The translations under genes were made by a program, and so were the position numbers. A stretch of 64,000 nt of DNA from a candidate division FCPU426 bacterium (lineage in GTDB: Bacteria; Oederibacteriota; PGYV01; Palsa-1178), in contig CAWIXE010000002.1 in assembly GCA_963840035.1 (NCBI GenBank), forward strand, positions 192,001 to 256,000. The letters run 5' to 3'. The notes below the pieces were generated by a model. It saw only the letters and a program-made list of their open reading frames with translations, searched no databases and had not been told where the DNA came from. Below are positions 10,978-21,300 of this stretch, in pieces. Every line of letters starts with the position of its first letter. The stretch's first letter is position 1.

Positions 10978-13900
10978 GTGAAAAAAGCATTGTTAGTGTT
11001 TTTAGCAGTATCATTACTATCCTCATTTATATATTCTGCCAATACTGATGTGCGCCTGAACTCCCTTGGATTCCTTCCGTCTAATGATAAAATTGCCACA
11101 GTAAAAGCCGCAGGATCCCCGGGAAACTGGTATCTGCTTACATCCCCGGGAAATGTCACGGTTACCTCGGGGACTTTTACCGGGCCGTTTTCCGACGCCC
11201 AGACAGGCGAAAACAACAACCTTTATAAAGCGAATTTTTCCGCGTATACAACTTCCGGAACATTTTACTTAAACGTGCCCAACGTAGGCCGATCGACAAA
11301 TTTTGACATACGCGCGGATGTTTATAACAATCCTTTTATAAATGTATTCAGGGCCATGTATCTGTGGCGCTGCAATACTGCCGTGTCCGGGACTTATAAC
11401 GGAGATACTTTTTCGCATGCCGAATGCCATACGGGTGACGGCAACCTCACCCACTACAATGGTTCAAATACTGTTGTTAACGGAAAAAAAGGGTGGCATG
11501 ACGCGGGCGATTACGGAAAGTATACGATCAACGCGTCAATAACCGTAGGCATGATGTTTCTCGCCTGGGAACAGTTTGGAGCGAACATAAACGCGCTAAA
11601 TTATAACCTTCCTGAGACTGCCCCGGGATATCCGGAGTTCCTCAAGGAAATTAAATATGAGACAGACTGGGTATTTACCATGATGAGGCCTGACGGCGCG
11701 GTATCAGATAAGCTTACATCGCTTGGATTTGACGGTTTTGAGATGCCGGAAAAAGATATACTTGTCAGGTACTTCTCAACTACCGGAACAGCTGATACAG
11801 CCGCGTACTGCGCGATGCTTGCCATGGCTTCGCGCAATTTTCAGCCGTATGACGCGGCATATGCCACAGCGTGTATTACGCATGCCGCGGCGGCATACGC
11901 ATATCTTTCGACACATCCCGCGTGGAGGGCCAGGGTAAACTACGTAACGGCATTGCCGCATGTGGGCGTATTTTCTACGGGCGATTACAGCGGCAGCGAT
12001 GACGCCGCTTTAAGGCTATGGGCAGCGATTGAGATGTGGGAGACTACCGGCAACGCAACCTACCTGGCGGATTTTGAATCGAAAGCGGCTTTATTAGACC
12101 CTAATTATGTAAACGCGGATTTTGACTGGGCAAACCAGAGGAACCTGGCTATGTATACATATGTTCTTTCAAACAGGACCGGCAGGAACGCTACACTGCT
12201 GGCGAAAATCAGGAATAATATTGTTAATACCGCACAATCCATATCCGATACAAGGGACGGACACGCCTATGGCAGGCCCCTTGGAACAAACTATTACTGG
12301 GGTTGTAACGGTTCTGTCGCAAGGCAGTCAATGATACTGCAGATAGCCAACCAGATATCGCCTAACCCGGATTTTCTAAATACAGCGCTTGACGCTATAG
12401 GGTATTTATTCGGAAGGAACATGCATGACAGGTCATATGTAACCGGAATTGGAATCTCACCGCCGATGTTTCCGCATGACAGGCGTTCGGGAGGGGATAC
12501 CGTTACTAATCCGTGGCCGGGGTATTTAGTCGGCGGCTCGTCAGGAAGCCGCGGCGATGACTGGCAGACGGCAAACATGGTTGCCGGACTTCCTGCAGCG
12601 CAGTACTGGACAGACGTGGAGGGGTCATATTCCTCCAATGAAATAGCCATTAACTGGCAGGGCGCGATCATATACGCCCTTGCGGGATTTTTGGGGTCTG
12701 TGGCACCACCGACAAATACGCCGACACCGACTGCGACGATTACAGGAACTCCGCCTACAAAAACAGCTACGCCGACATTTACGGCTGTGCCTACTGCCGG
12801 TTTTGTACTTGCCGACTGCGTGCAGGGGATGTCCTATAACTTAACGGACGGGAACTTAAATGACTCCATCTGGCAGACAGGCAGCTGGAATAATATATCA
12901 ATAATAACGGAAGGAACTCAGGGCGCTGTGACGGCGCGGTTTAAGACGCGCTGGGATTCCAGCGGCATAAAGGTGGCTGTGGATGTAACTGATCCAACTT
13001 TGTGCGGGACTAATACCACCTGGTATAATGACGATGCCGTGGAGATTTACATAGACGCCAATAATAACCATGCCACAACTTATGACCTCAACGATTACCA
13101 GTTCTCCATACGCTATAATGACCCTGTGGTAAGGGAGACAAATAACAGGGTCGGCACTGTGGCAGCCGCCACTTATCATACAGCAACCGGCTACTCGGCG
13201 GAGTTTGACATAAAGTGGTCTGACATCGGGCTTACAGGCGGGGCCGGGGTAAGCATAGGATTTGATGTCGGTATTGACCATGATGAGACATGCGGAGGCA
13301 CAAGGACTGGGGTTTTAATGTGGAACGGAACCGCGACAAACTGGAGCGATACGTCTAATTTCGGGGACCTTTCCACAAGCGCGGCGTGCAACACGCCTAC
13401 AATTACGCCGACATGGACGCCGGCGCCTCCTGTGGCTGCTGAAATTATTGATAATGTCGAGGATGGGAACAGCCAGATCCTTTTAAACGGCGGCAGAAAC
13501 GGCTTCTGGGGGACGTTTGACGACGGCAGCGGTAATATATCGGTAAGCTTCAATGACCCGGGTTATAACAGTTCTTACGCGGCAAACATAACTTCTGACG
13601 GCCTTTTTACCACTTATGCGGGAGTGAGCGTAAATATGCTCAGCCCTTCAGGGCCATATGACGCCTCCGCGTATGACGGCATAAAATTCCGGGTAAAGCT
13701 TGCCGCCAGTTCGGATTACTACCTCCGCGTTAATGTTGTGGATGAGGCCACAAGCACCTCTTATGATTTTTTTGGAATTCTGCTTACTGACCTTACAACA
13801 TCCTGGAAGGAATACACCATAGATTTTGCAACCCTTCAAAATAGCGCAGGTACAGGGCTTAATACGTCAAGGATAGTAAGCATAGAGTTCAGGCCTGATA

Positions 13901-14790
13901 TAGCATTTCCGTTCTCGGCGTCATTTGACGACATACGCTTTTACTCGAACGGAACGCCCACATTTACCAGGACTCCTTCGGCAACAAGGACGGCAACTCC
14001 GGTTCAGTCAGCCACATTTACAGCCACTGCGTCATCGACTAAGACAAATACCCCGATGAATACGGTTACAAACACAGCCACGGTAACAAAGACAAATACA
14101 GCGACGCCGACACTTTCGGTGTCAAATACCAATACGCCGAATTATTCCGCGACAATAACGCAGACAGCAACACAGACCATAACAGGCACGCCGCCGACGC
14201 TTACATTCACGTCGACTTATACCATGACAACACAGCCGACAGCCACATATTCGGCTACGCTTACAAATACGCCGCAGGCGACACAGACCAACACGTGGAT
14301 AGTGCTTATGACTGCGACATACACTCCTACGGCGCAGCCGACTGCGACTAATACCTGGATAGTGCTCATGACCTCAACCTTTACGAGGACGCCGCAGCCG
14401 TCGGCCACGCGCACGCGGACGCCTCAGCCGACTGCCACAAATACACAGGTAATACCGAGCGCTACGCCGACTTACACGGCCACGGCATCATCAATCGGCG
14501 GGGAAAACATTTACCCGAACCCCGTGGACCCGGAAAAGCAGGACCTGACGCTTGTGTTCGGGCTGGATGAACCGGCTGACAGGGCATATTTCTCAATATA
14601 TACAAAAGCTTACAGGCTCATAACAAAAGTGAAGCTGGGCACCGCCATACAGGGATATAATATGAGGGTTGTGAACAGGGCGTACCTTAAAAATTTGTCA
14701 AACGGGATATATTATTATGTGATAGAATATGACACGGCTTCAAGCAAAGGAAACCGCAGTAAAATAAAGCAGTTTATGGTTGTACGTTAG
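10978..14790 (+). CDS. Secreted GH9 (N-terminal Ig/CelD_N) + CBM9-like + CBM11/CIA30-like + Thr/Pro stalk + YPNP C-terminal domain
   Basis: VRLNSLGFLP, GWHDAGDYGKY, PHDR, PWPGYLVGG, NEIAINW; DDAVEIYID; IIDNVEDG...YDASAYDGIKF...DDIRF. Confidence 0.92.
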   Translation: MKKALLVFLAVSLLSSFIYSANTDVRLNSLGFLPSNDKIATVKAAGSPGNWYLLTSPGNVTVTSGTFTGPFSDAQTGENNNLYKANFSAYTTSGTFYLNVPNVGRSTNFDIRADVYNNPFINVFRAMYLWRCNTAVSGTYNGDTFSHAECHTGDGNLTHYNGSNTVVNGKKGWHDAGDYGKYTINASITVGMMFLAWEQFGANINALNYNLPETAPGYPEFLKEIKYETDWVFTMMRPDGAVSDKLTSLGFDGFEMPEKDILVRYFSTTGTADTAAYCAMLAMASRNFQPYDAAYATACITHAAAAYAYLSTHPAWRARVNYVTALPHVGVFSTGDYSGSDDAALRLWAAIEMWETTGNATYLADFESKAALLDPNYVNADFDWANQRNLAMYTYVLSNRTGRNATLLAKIRNNIVNTAQSISDTRDGHAYGRPLGTNYYWGCNGSVARQSMILQIANQISPNPDFLNTALDAIGYLFGRNMHDRSYVTGIGISPPMFPHDRRSGGDTVTNPWPGYLVGGSSGSRGDDWQTANMVAGLPAAQYWTDVEGSYSSNEIAINWQGAIIYALAGFLGSVAPPTNTPTPTATITGTPPTKTATPTFTAVPTAGFVLADCVQGMSYNLTDGNLNDSIWQTGSWNNISIITEGTQGAVTARFKTRWDSSGIKVAVDVTDPTLCGTNTTWYNDDAVEIYIDANNNHATTYDLNDYQFSIRYNDPVVRETNNRVGTVAAATYHTATGYSAEFDIKWSDIGLTGGAGVSIGFDVGIDHDETCGGTRTGVLMWNGTATNWSDTSNFGDLSTSAACNTPTITPTWTPAPPVAAEIIDNVEDGNSQILLNGGRNGFWGTFDDGSGNISVSFNDPGYNSSYAANITSDGLFTTYAGVSVNMLSPSGPYDASAYDGIKFRVKLAASSDYYLRVNVVDEATSTSYDFFGILLTDLTTSWKEYTIDFATLQNSAGTGLNTSRIVSIEFRPDIAFPFSASFDDIRFYSNGTPTFTRTPSATRTATPVQSATFTATASSTKTNTPMNTVTNTATVTKTNTATPTLSVSNTNTPNYSATITQTATQTITGTPPTLTFTSTYTMTTQPTATYSATLTNTPQATQTNTWIVLMTATYTPTAQPTATNTWIVLMTSTFTRTPQPSATRTRTPQPTATNTQVIPSATPTYTATASSIGGENIYPNPVDPEKQDLTLVFGLDEPADRAYFSIYTKAYRLITKVKLGTAIQGYNMRVVNRAYLKNLSNGIYYYVIEYDTASSKGNRSKIKQFMVVR

Positions 14791-14885
14791 GCAAAAAGAA
14801 CGCAACCCCGCGCGGGGAGCGGCGTTAATAATATAGATAGCCGTTTTACACGCAGCTGGAACCTGCTTTTTTTTAGCCTGAAAAG

Positions 14886-14899
14886 GTTTAGCGCTAAAC
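14886..14899. promoter_or_regulatory. LacI-type operator GTTTAGCGCTAAAC
   Basis: Perfect palindrome just upstream of the second GH5 gene. Confidence 0.8.
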
Positions 14900-14924
14900 G
14901 GCAAATAATAAAATGGAGAAACTC

Positions 14925-16910
14925 ATGACAAAAAAATTAATGCTCATCATTTCCGCGATAATAATATTCGCCTGCGCTTTAAGCGCTTCCCCTGTTTCCA
15001 TAAACGGGCAGCTTAAAGTGACCGGCCTGCAGTTGACCAGCGAATGCAACAGGCCTGTGCAGCTGCGCGGCGTGTCAACGCACGGCCTTCAGTGGTGGGG
15101 TTCGTGCTACACTGACGCGGCCCTTGATTACGCGGCTTATACTTTAAACGCGGATTCAGTCAGGCTTGCCATGTATACGGCGCAGAACGGATACCTGTCA
15201 AATCCTGCCGCATATACAAGCATGGTTGATTCGCTCGTGGATAAGATCGGCGCAAGGGGGATGTACGCTATAATCGACTGGCACATACTTGAGGACTGCG
15301 ATCCCAACAGCAACTCCCTGGCAGCCAAGACGTTTTTTGAACACGAGGCAACCCTCCATAAAGACAAAAAATATGTGATCTATGAAATTTGCAACGAGCC
15401 GAATAATACCTGCGGTTCAGTAACGTGGGCTATGGTAAAGCAGTACGCAAACTTCATCATACCGAAGATAAGGGCCATAGACCCTGACTCCGTTATCATT
15501 GTAGGGACGCCCAACTGGTCACAGCTGGGCTGGGACGTGGCGTATGATCAATTAAGTTATCCAAACATATTGTATGCTTTCCACTTTTACGCCGGTTCAC
15601 ACGGCACGGGCATGCTCACGCCGTTTTTGAACCAGATGCCAATCTTCTGTTCGGAATGGGGGCCCACTAACTCTTCAGGAAACGGCGGGGACGATTATGT
15701 AAACGCGCAGGCGTTTATGGATATTATGAGCGGCGTTGATACGGTCAGCAACCCGACAGGTGTAAAGATCAGCTGGAACGAGTGGACCTTTTCCTCAAGC
15801 AGCGAATCATCGGCCATGTTGAACAACGGCACATGCGGCAGCGGGCCGTGGGATACTTCGAACTTAACTACCGCGGGGCTCTTTGTTTATAATAATATGA
15901 ATAATCCGCCCAAGGCATATTACTGCGGCACGCTTACGCCGACCATAACAGGGACGCCTCCTACGCCTACAATAACGCCGACCATAACAGTAACACCGAC
16001 AAACCTGCCTTCCGAGCTTATTTATGACGGGGACACCCCGGGACTGACTCTTGCCGACGGAGTAGCCGCGGCCAACGCGTGGAAAAATGCGGGGGCTTCA
16101 TTGCTTGGCACTATTTCTGAGACAACGGGCGGAAATGGCGGAAACGGCATGGCGCTTGCGTATTCAACCCCGGCCTACTGGCAGGGGCATACATGGACCA
16201 AGACGGTGACGGTGGGCACTTATAACAGCATAGCCTTTGATGTAAAGACAACATCGGGTTCTGTTTCAGCCCTGCTTTTTACCCTCGAACAGGGAACTGT
16301 AAGGGCGAGCATTGCTTCCGGAAACACGTGGAAGACCATGATATACCCTTTAAGCAAATTCTTTACCACGGTCCCGGCGACATTTGACGAGTTTGATTTT
16401 GTAAATAATTCCGGCTCAAATTACTCTGTTATTATCGACAACATAAGGCTGGTTTTTGTCCCCAGCGCCACAGCGACACCGACAAAAACCATTACACCCA
16501 CATGGACCATGTCCAGCACATATACCAATACGCCCACAATCACCCAGACGGGGACCATAACGCCCACTTCGACCATTACGCCGACAATCACTTTGACGCC
16601 TACGGTGCCGGCTAAGACCGTAAGGATCACAAAATGGGACTGCTATCCGAACCCTTTCAACGGTTCGTCAAAAATAACATTCAGGTACACCATCGCGGGT
16701 TTCGCGGAAAAGCTTAACCTCGACATATATACCTTTGGCGAGAGGAAGATAGCGCGCATAGCCGCGGTCAAGCAGCCCGCCGGGGTAAATGAACTTGAGT
16801 GGACGCCGCCATATAAGCTCGGGAGCGGCCTTTATTACTACACGGTTGAGGGCATTAACGGCTCCAGGCCGCCGAGCAGGCATGTGGGGGCGTTTGTGGT
16901 TGTGAAGTAA
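14925..16910 (+). CDS. Secreted GH5 (subfamily 2-like) cellulase + IYDGD CBM-like module + Thr/Pro stalk + YPNP C-terminal domain
   Basis: Paralog of the 8170 catalytic domain (QLRGVSTHGLQW, YEICNEP, IFCSEW). Start may be 14913 or 14925 (GGAG 6 nt upstream of the latter). Confidence 0.92.
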   Translation: MTKKLMLIISAIIIFACALSASPVSINGQLKVTGLQLTSECNRPVQLRGVSTHGLQWWGSCYTDAALDYAAYTLNADSVRLAMYTAQNGYLSNPAAYTSMVDSLVDKIGARGMYAIIDWHILEDCDPNSNSLAAKTFFEHEATLHKDKKYVIYEICNEPNNTCGSVTWAMVKQYANFIIPKIRAIDPDSVIIVGTPNWSQLGWDVAYDQLSYPNILYAFHFYAGSHGTGMLTPFLNQMPIFCSEWGPTNSSGNGGDDYVNAQAFMDIMSGVDTVSNPTGVKISWNEWTFSSSSESSAMLNNGTCGSGPWDTSNLTTAGLFVYNNMNNPPKAYYCGTLTPTITGTPPTPTITPTITVTPTNLPSELIYDGDTPGLTLADGVAAANAWKNAGASLLGTISETTGGNGGNGMALAYSTPAYWQGHTWTKTVTVGTYNSIAFDVKTTSGSVSALLFTLEQGTVRASIASGNTWKTMIYPLSKFFTTVPATFDEFDFVNNSGSNYSVIIDNIRLVFVPSATATPTKTITPTWTMSSTYTNTPTITQTGTITPTSTITPTITLTPTVPAKTVRITKWDCYPNPFNGSSKITFRYTIAGFAEKLNLDIYTFGERKIARIAAVKQPAGVNELEWTPPYKLGSGLYYYTVEGINGSRPPSRHVGAFVVVK

Positions 16911-16998
16911 ATTTTCAATTTTCAATTCTATATTTTCAATTTTCAATTATACCAGGCGTACGGATTTAATTGAAAATTGAAAATATAGAATTGAAAAT
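16911..16998. repeat. Heptamer-period (TTTTCAA/TTGAAAA) hairpin with a perfect 32-bp stem
   Basis: 16918-16949 is the exact reverse complement of 16967-16998; 17-nt loop. Confidence 0.9.
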
Positions 16999-17015
16999 AG
17001 GTTTATGGAGGATTC

Positions 17016-18017
17016 ATGGCTGTTACTTTGGAAGATGTTGCAAAAAAGGCCGGCGTTTCGCACACTACTGTTTCGCTTGTGCTTCATGGGGACAAAAAAA
17101 TAAGCGGCGCGACCCGCGATAAGGTCATGCGCGTCATAGAGGACATGAACTACCACCCGAATTACAACGCCAGAAGCCTGGCAAGGGGCAAGACAAATAC
17201 AGTCGCTATTTTGGCTTCGTTTTTTTCATCACTTTTTGCCACGGATATAATGAAGGGCATGGAGGACGAGGCGATAAATACGGACCTGTCCATAAACCAA
17301 TACTCAACAAGGGGCGAAAAGGACAGGGAAGAGGACCAGCTGGATAAAATATTATACGGAAAGCGCGCCGACGGGCTTGTGGTTATAAGCCTCCAGCCGG
17401 AAATAAAAATTATGAATGAATTTAGGTCCGCAGGCATGCCCGTAGTGCTTATAGAAAGGAAAATGGATGGATTTTCCTCGGTGGGCACGGATAATGAAAA
17501 AGGGGCTTACATGGCGGCCAGCCACCTGATAAGCACGGGAAAGAAAAACATAGCAATCGCGTGCGGACACCTCGACTGCGTGGACTGCATCAACTCCAAG
17601 GAACGCTTTGCCGGGTTTACCAGGGCGCTTAAGGAAAACGGGCTTGAGTTCAGACAAGAGAATTTTTTCCCGACATGGTACGGCTTTGAGGACGGCATCA
17701 GGGTCATGGCGCAGATAACCGGGGAAAAAAGAAAAATAGACGCGCTCTTTTGCGCGAGCGGCGATAACGTGGCTTTAGGAGCCTTGAAAGAAGCTAAGGT
17801 CAGGGGCGTTTCAATACCTGACGACATTGCGATAGTAGGGTATGATGACCTGCTTGTTTCCTCCATGGTACAGCCCGCGCTGACCACCATCAGGCAGCCC
17901 ATTATTAAAATGGGAAGGGAAGCGTTTAACCTGGTTATCAAATCAATGAACAATGAGATAAAAGAGCCGGTGGTGACGACGTTTGAGCCGGAATTAATCA
18001 TAAGGGAAACTGCCTGA
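17016..18017 (+). CDS. LacI-family transcriptional regulator
   Basis: VTLEDVAKKAGVSHTTVSLV; YHPNYNARSL hinge; IPDDIAIVGYDD. Confidence 0.95.
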   Translation: MAVTLEDVAKKAGVSHTTVSLVLHGDKKISGATRDKVMRVIEDMNYHPNYNARSLARGKTNTVAILASFFSSLFATDIMKGMEDEAINTDLSINQYSTRGEKDREEDQLDKILYGKRADGLVVISLQPEIKIMNEFRSAGMPVVLIERKMDGFSSVGTDNEKGAYMAASHLISTGKKNIAIACGHLDCVDCINSKERFAGFTRALKENGLEFRQENFFPTWYGFEDGIRVMAQITGEKRKIDALFCASGDNVALGALKEAKVRGVSIPDDIAIVGYDDLLVSSMVQPALTTIRQPIIKMGREAFNLVIKSMNNEIKEPVVTTFEPELIIRETA

Positions 18018-18026
18018 AAACAAGGC

Positions 18027-18050
18027 GGGCGATTCGTGAATCGCCCCTAC
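18027..18050. repeat. GTAG-tagged REP-like palindrome
   Basis: gggcgattcgtgaatcgcccctac, identical to the copy at ~7961-7984. Confidence 0.75.
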
Positions 18051-18185
18051 AAATTCGTGTTCAAATCATAAAAATCCGGAAAATCAAAACCAACCTGACT
18101 AAACTTTTTTTATTGCGGTTATAAATACCGGTTCAAATGCCGAAAAAAACTGTGATTTTGCCGGACGTTAAAACCAAAAACCCCC

Positions 18186-18262
18186 TTGATTAAAAGGCCT
18201 ATTTTCTTTATAATTAGCCTGCTTTTAAACGATTAACGCCGGAACGAAACTTTGTTCCGGAT
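18186..18262 (+). promoter_or_regulatory. Promoter with candidate degenerate LacI site and leader hairpin
   Basis: TTGATT(18186)-17-TATAAT(18209); TTAAACGATTAA near-palindrome at ~18225-18236; ccggaac..gttccgg hairpin. Confidence 0.6.
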
Positions 18263-18307
18263 GTCCAAACGCATATGGCTAATTTAGCTAAAAACAGGAG
18301 ACAATAC

Positions 18308-21300
18308 TTGACGGCAATGCGTAAGATATTCATCACAGTTATCATATGCCTTATTCCTTCTATTATATTCTCCGCCCAGAATAACGCCATACGCGTTGAC
18401 ATGGAAGGCTACAGGACCGCGTCGAAAAAGAGCGTCATGCTTGTGGGGCAAAACTACACTTCTTTTACCGTAAAAAAGGTATCCGACAACTCCACCGTAT
18501 ATACCGGGACTTTTGGAGGCACCATCGCTGACGCGGCTTCGGGGGATTCCGTGCGTCAGGGCGATTTCTCGTCTGTTACGGCAGCGGGGGATTATTACGT
18601 GCAGGTAACCGGGCTGGGCGAATCGTACAGTTTTACCATTTCCGATACTGTTTTTAATAATGTCTTTATCACTGCCATGCGCGGGCTTTACGGCCAGCGC
18701 TGCGGGCCCGCGATTTCATTTACACACCGAGGCACAACCTTTTCCCACGGCGCCTGTCATACCGGAAACTCAGCCTATGACGCGACCACCGGATTAAGCG
18801 GAAGCAGGAACTGCACCGGGGGCTGGCATGACGCGGGGGACTACGGCAAGTACGCTTTAAACGGCGGGGTTACAATGGGAACGCTGCTTCTCATGTATGA
18901 GCGATATAAGGATATCCTGGAAGCCGTCAACCTCGGCCTGCCGTATTCCGGAGGGGCCCTTCCGGATGTGCTCGTGGAAATAAAATACAACCTGGACTTC
19001 ATGATGAAAATGCAGTACACGACAGCGGGCGCAATGTTCGGCGGGGTTTTCCATAAAGTATCAAACGGTTTTCCCGCGATGACCCTTATGCCGCAGAACG
19101 ACGGCGCCACGGATGTCTTTCAGATATCGTCCTGCGCCACAGGCGATTTTGCCGCTGTCATGGCCATAGCCTCGAGGGTATTCGAACCATATGACGCGGC
19201 TTATGCTCTGTCGTGTTCGATTTCCGCGAAAAACGCGTGGACATACTTAAAGAACAACGCAAACATAGTGCCTGCGGGCGGTTTTACCGGCGGCCTTGGA
19301 GGGGCTTACGGTGATACTGACGACAGGGACGAGAGGCTCTGGGCCGCTGTTGAGCTTTTTAACTCCACCGGGGCAACCGATTACAACACTTACGTTTACG
19401 ACCACTACCTGGACAGGGCTCTGACTGACGTCGCCGACGGCGGAGATGACTGGAAGGAACTGCACCCCGTAGCGTACATGTCTTACATACAATCGCCGCA
19501 GGCTGCGGTGAACGCAACTGTTGTCGCCGCGATGAAGACGGCTTTTCAGGCGCACGTGAATACTTTCAGAAGCAGGTCGCAGTCAACCGACGGGTATAAA
19601 TATGTGCTTGTGGACGGCAATTATTTCTGGGGTTCCAATTCAATCGGATTAAACAGGGGCATGAGAATGCTCGCGGCAGCTGATATTTTTAATGACAGCA
19701 CTTATAAGGACGCGGCTGAAGAGATTGTGCATTATATGCTGGGAAGGAATCCGTTTAACAAATCTTTTGTTACTTATGTGGGAGACAGCTACATGTCCAA
19801 CCCGCACCACAGGCCTTCCATAGGCGACAGCATAACGCCGCCGTGGCCCGGGCTTTTGATAGGCGGAGCCAATAATGAATATAACGGCGGCGACCCGGTC
19901 ATACCTGCCGGACAGCCCGCGGCAAAAACATACATAGATAATGACGGTTCATGGGGGACAAACGAGATAGCCATCAACTGGCAGTCATCGCTTATTTACG
20001 TGCTGGCGGCTTTCTGCCAGCCGCCTCCGCCAACTCCGACGCCCACCGCGACAATCACAGGCACGCCTCCGACAGCTACTATAACTCCGACATTTACGGC
20101 AACACCTACATTTATGGAAATCAGGGTAAATTGCGGAGGGCCGCTCTTTACAGACACGCCGGGCAAGACATGGTCGGCGGATAAGGCATATACAGGATAT
20201 ACCGGGTCTGCGTGGGGTTATGTCACGGCAGGACAGATTGATATTAGGACCGGGGATATAACAAATACCGGCGACGATACCCTGTTTTTGTATGACCGCT
20301 GGTCCAATAATGTGAGCAATCTCGATTACGCTTTTGACGTGGGTACCGGCACATATCAGGTAAGGCTGCGTTTCGCTGAAACATGGTTTACCGCGGCAGG
20401 GCAGAGGAAATTCAACATCAGCCTCGAAGGAACGCTGCAGCAGGCTGATTTTGACATTATAGGCGAGGCTGCAGGCGCGTGGAAATATGTGGACAAGACA
20501 TTTGTAATAACAGTCACTGACGGGACGCTTAATGTCAGCCTGACAAAGGGAAGCGTGGATTGGCCGGTTATAAGCGCCATAGAGGTCATAACATATTATC
20601 CGCCGAATACGCCGACATATTCCGCGTCGCCGACGAAGACAGTATCGCCGACGATAACAAAGACAAAAACAGTCACTGCCACGCCGACCGCGTCCATTAC
20701 CGGCACTCCGCCTACGGCAACATCCACTGTCACTTTTACGGCGACCGCGGTGCCCACGGCCCTGCGCATAGACTGCGGCGGGCCGGGATATTTTGACGGC
20801 ACAAACACTTGGATCGCGGACGCTTATTTCAGCGGGGGAAATACCGGCAGCACCACTGACGCCATAGGCCTTACCACCGCGGACGTACTCTACCAGACAG
20901 AACGCTACGGTACTTTTTCCTACGACATACCTGTCGCGGACGGCACATATGAAGTGACGCTGAAGTTCTGCGAGTTTTATTTCTCCGCGCCGCTGGACAG
21001 GTATTTTGACGTTTCCATTGAAGGATCGGCTGTATTGGATAACCTTGATGTCCTGAATATGGCGGGGTTTGAGAACGCGTATGACAGGGTATTTACCGTT
21101 ACTGTTTCAGACGGAGTTTTGAATATCCAGTTCACAGGGGTTAAGGATAACGCCACCATAGACGCGATACAGGTAAGGCCGGTAATCCCGACGCCTACCA
21201 ATACCCCTTCCAGGACAGTGACATTTACCAGGACCCCGGTTTTATCCCCGACATTTACAGCCACTTATACCGGGACCAGGACTTTGACAGCCACATCCAC

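Noticed and set aside
14286..14390. 60-bp internal duplication (TNTWIVLMT x2) in a GH9 stalk as a separate element
   Set aside because: In-frame linker expansion only; covered by the stalk finding.
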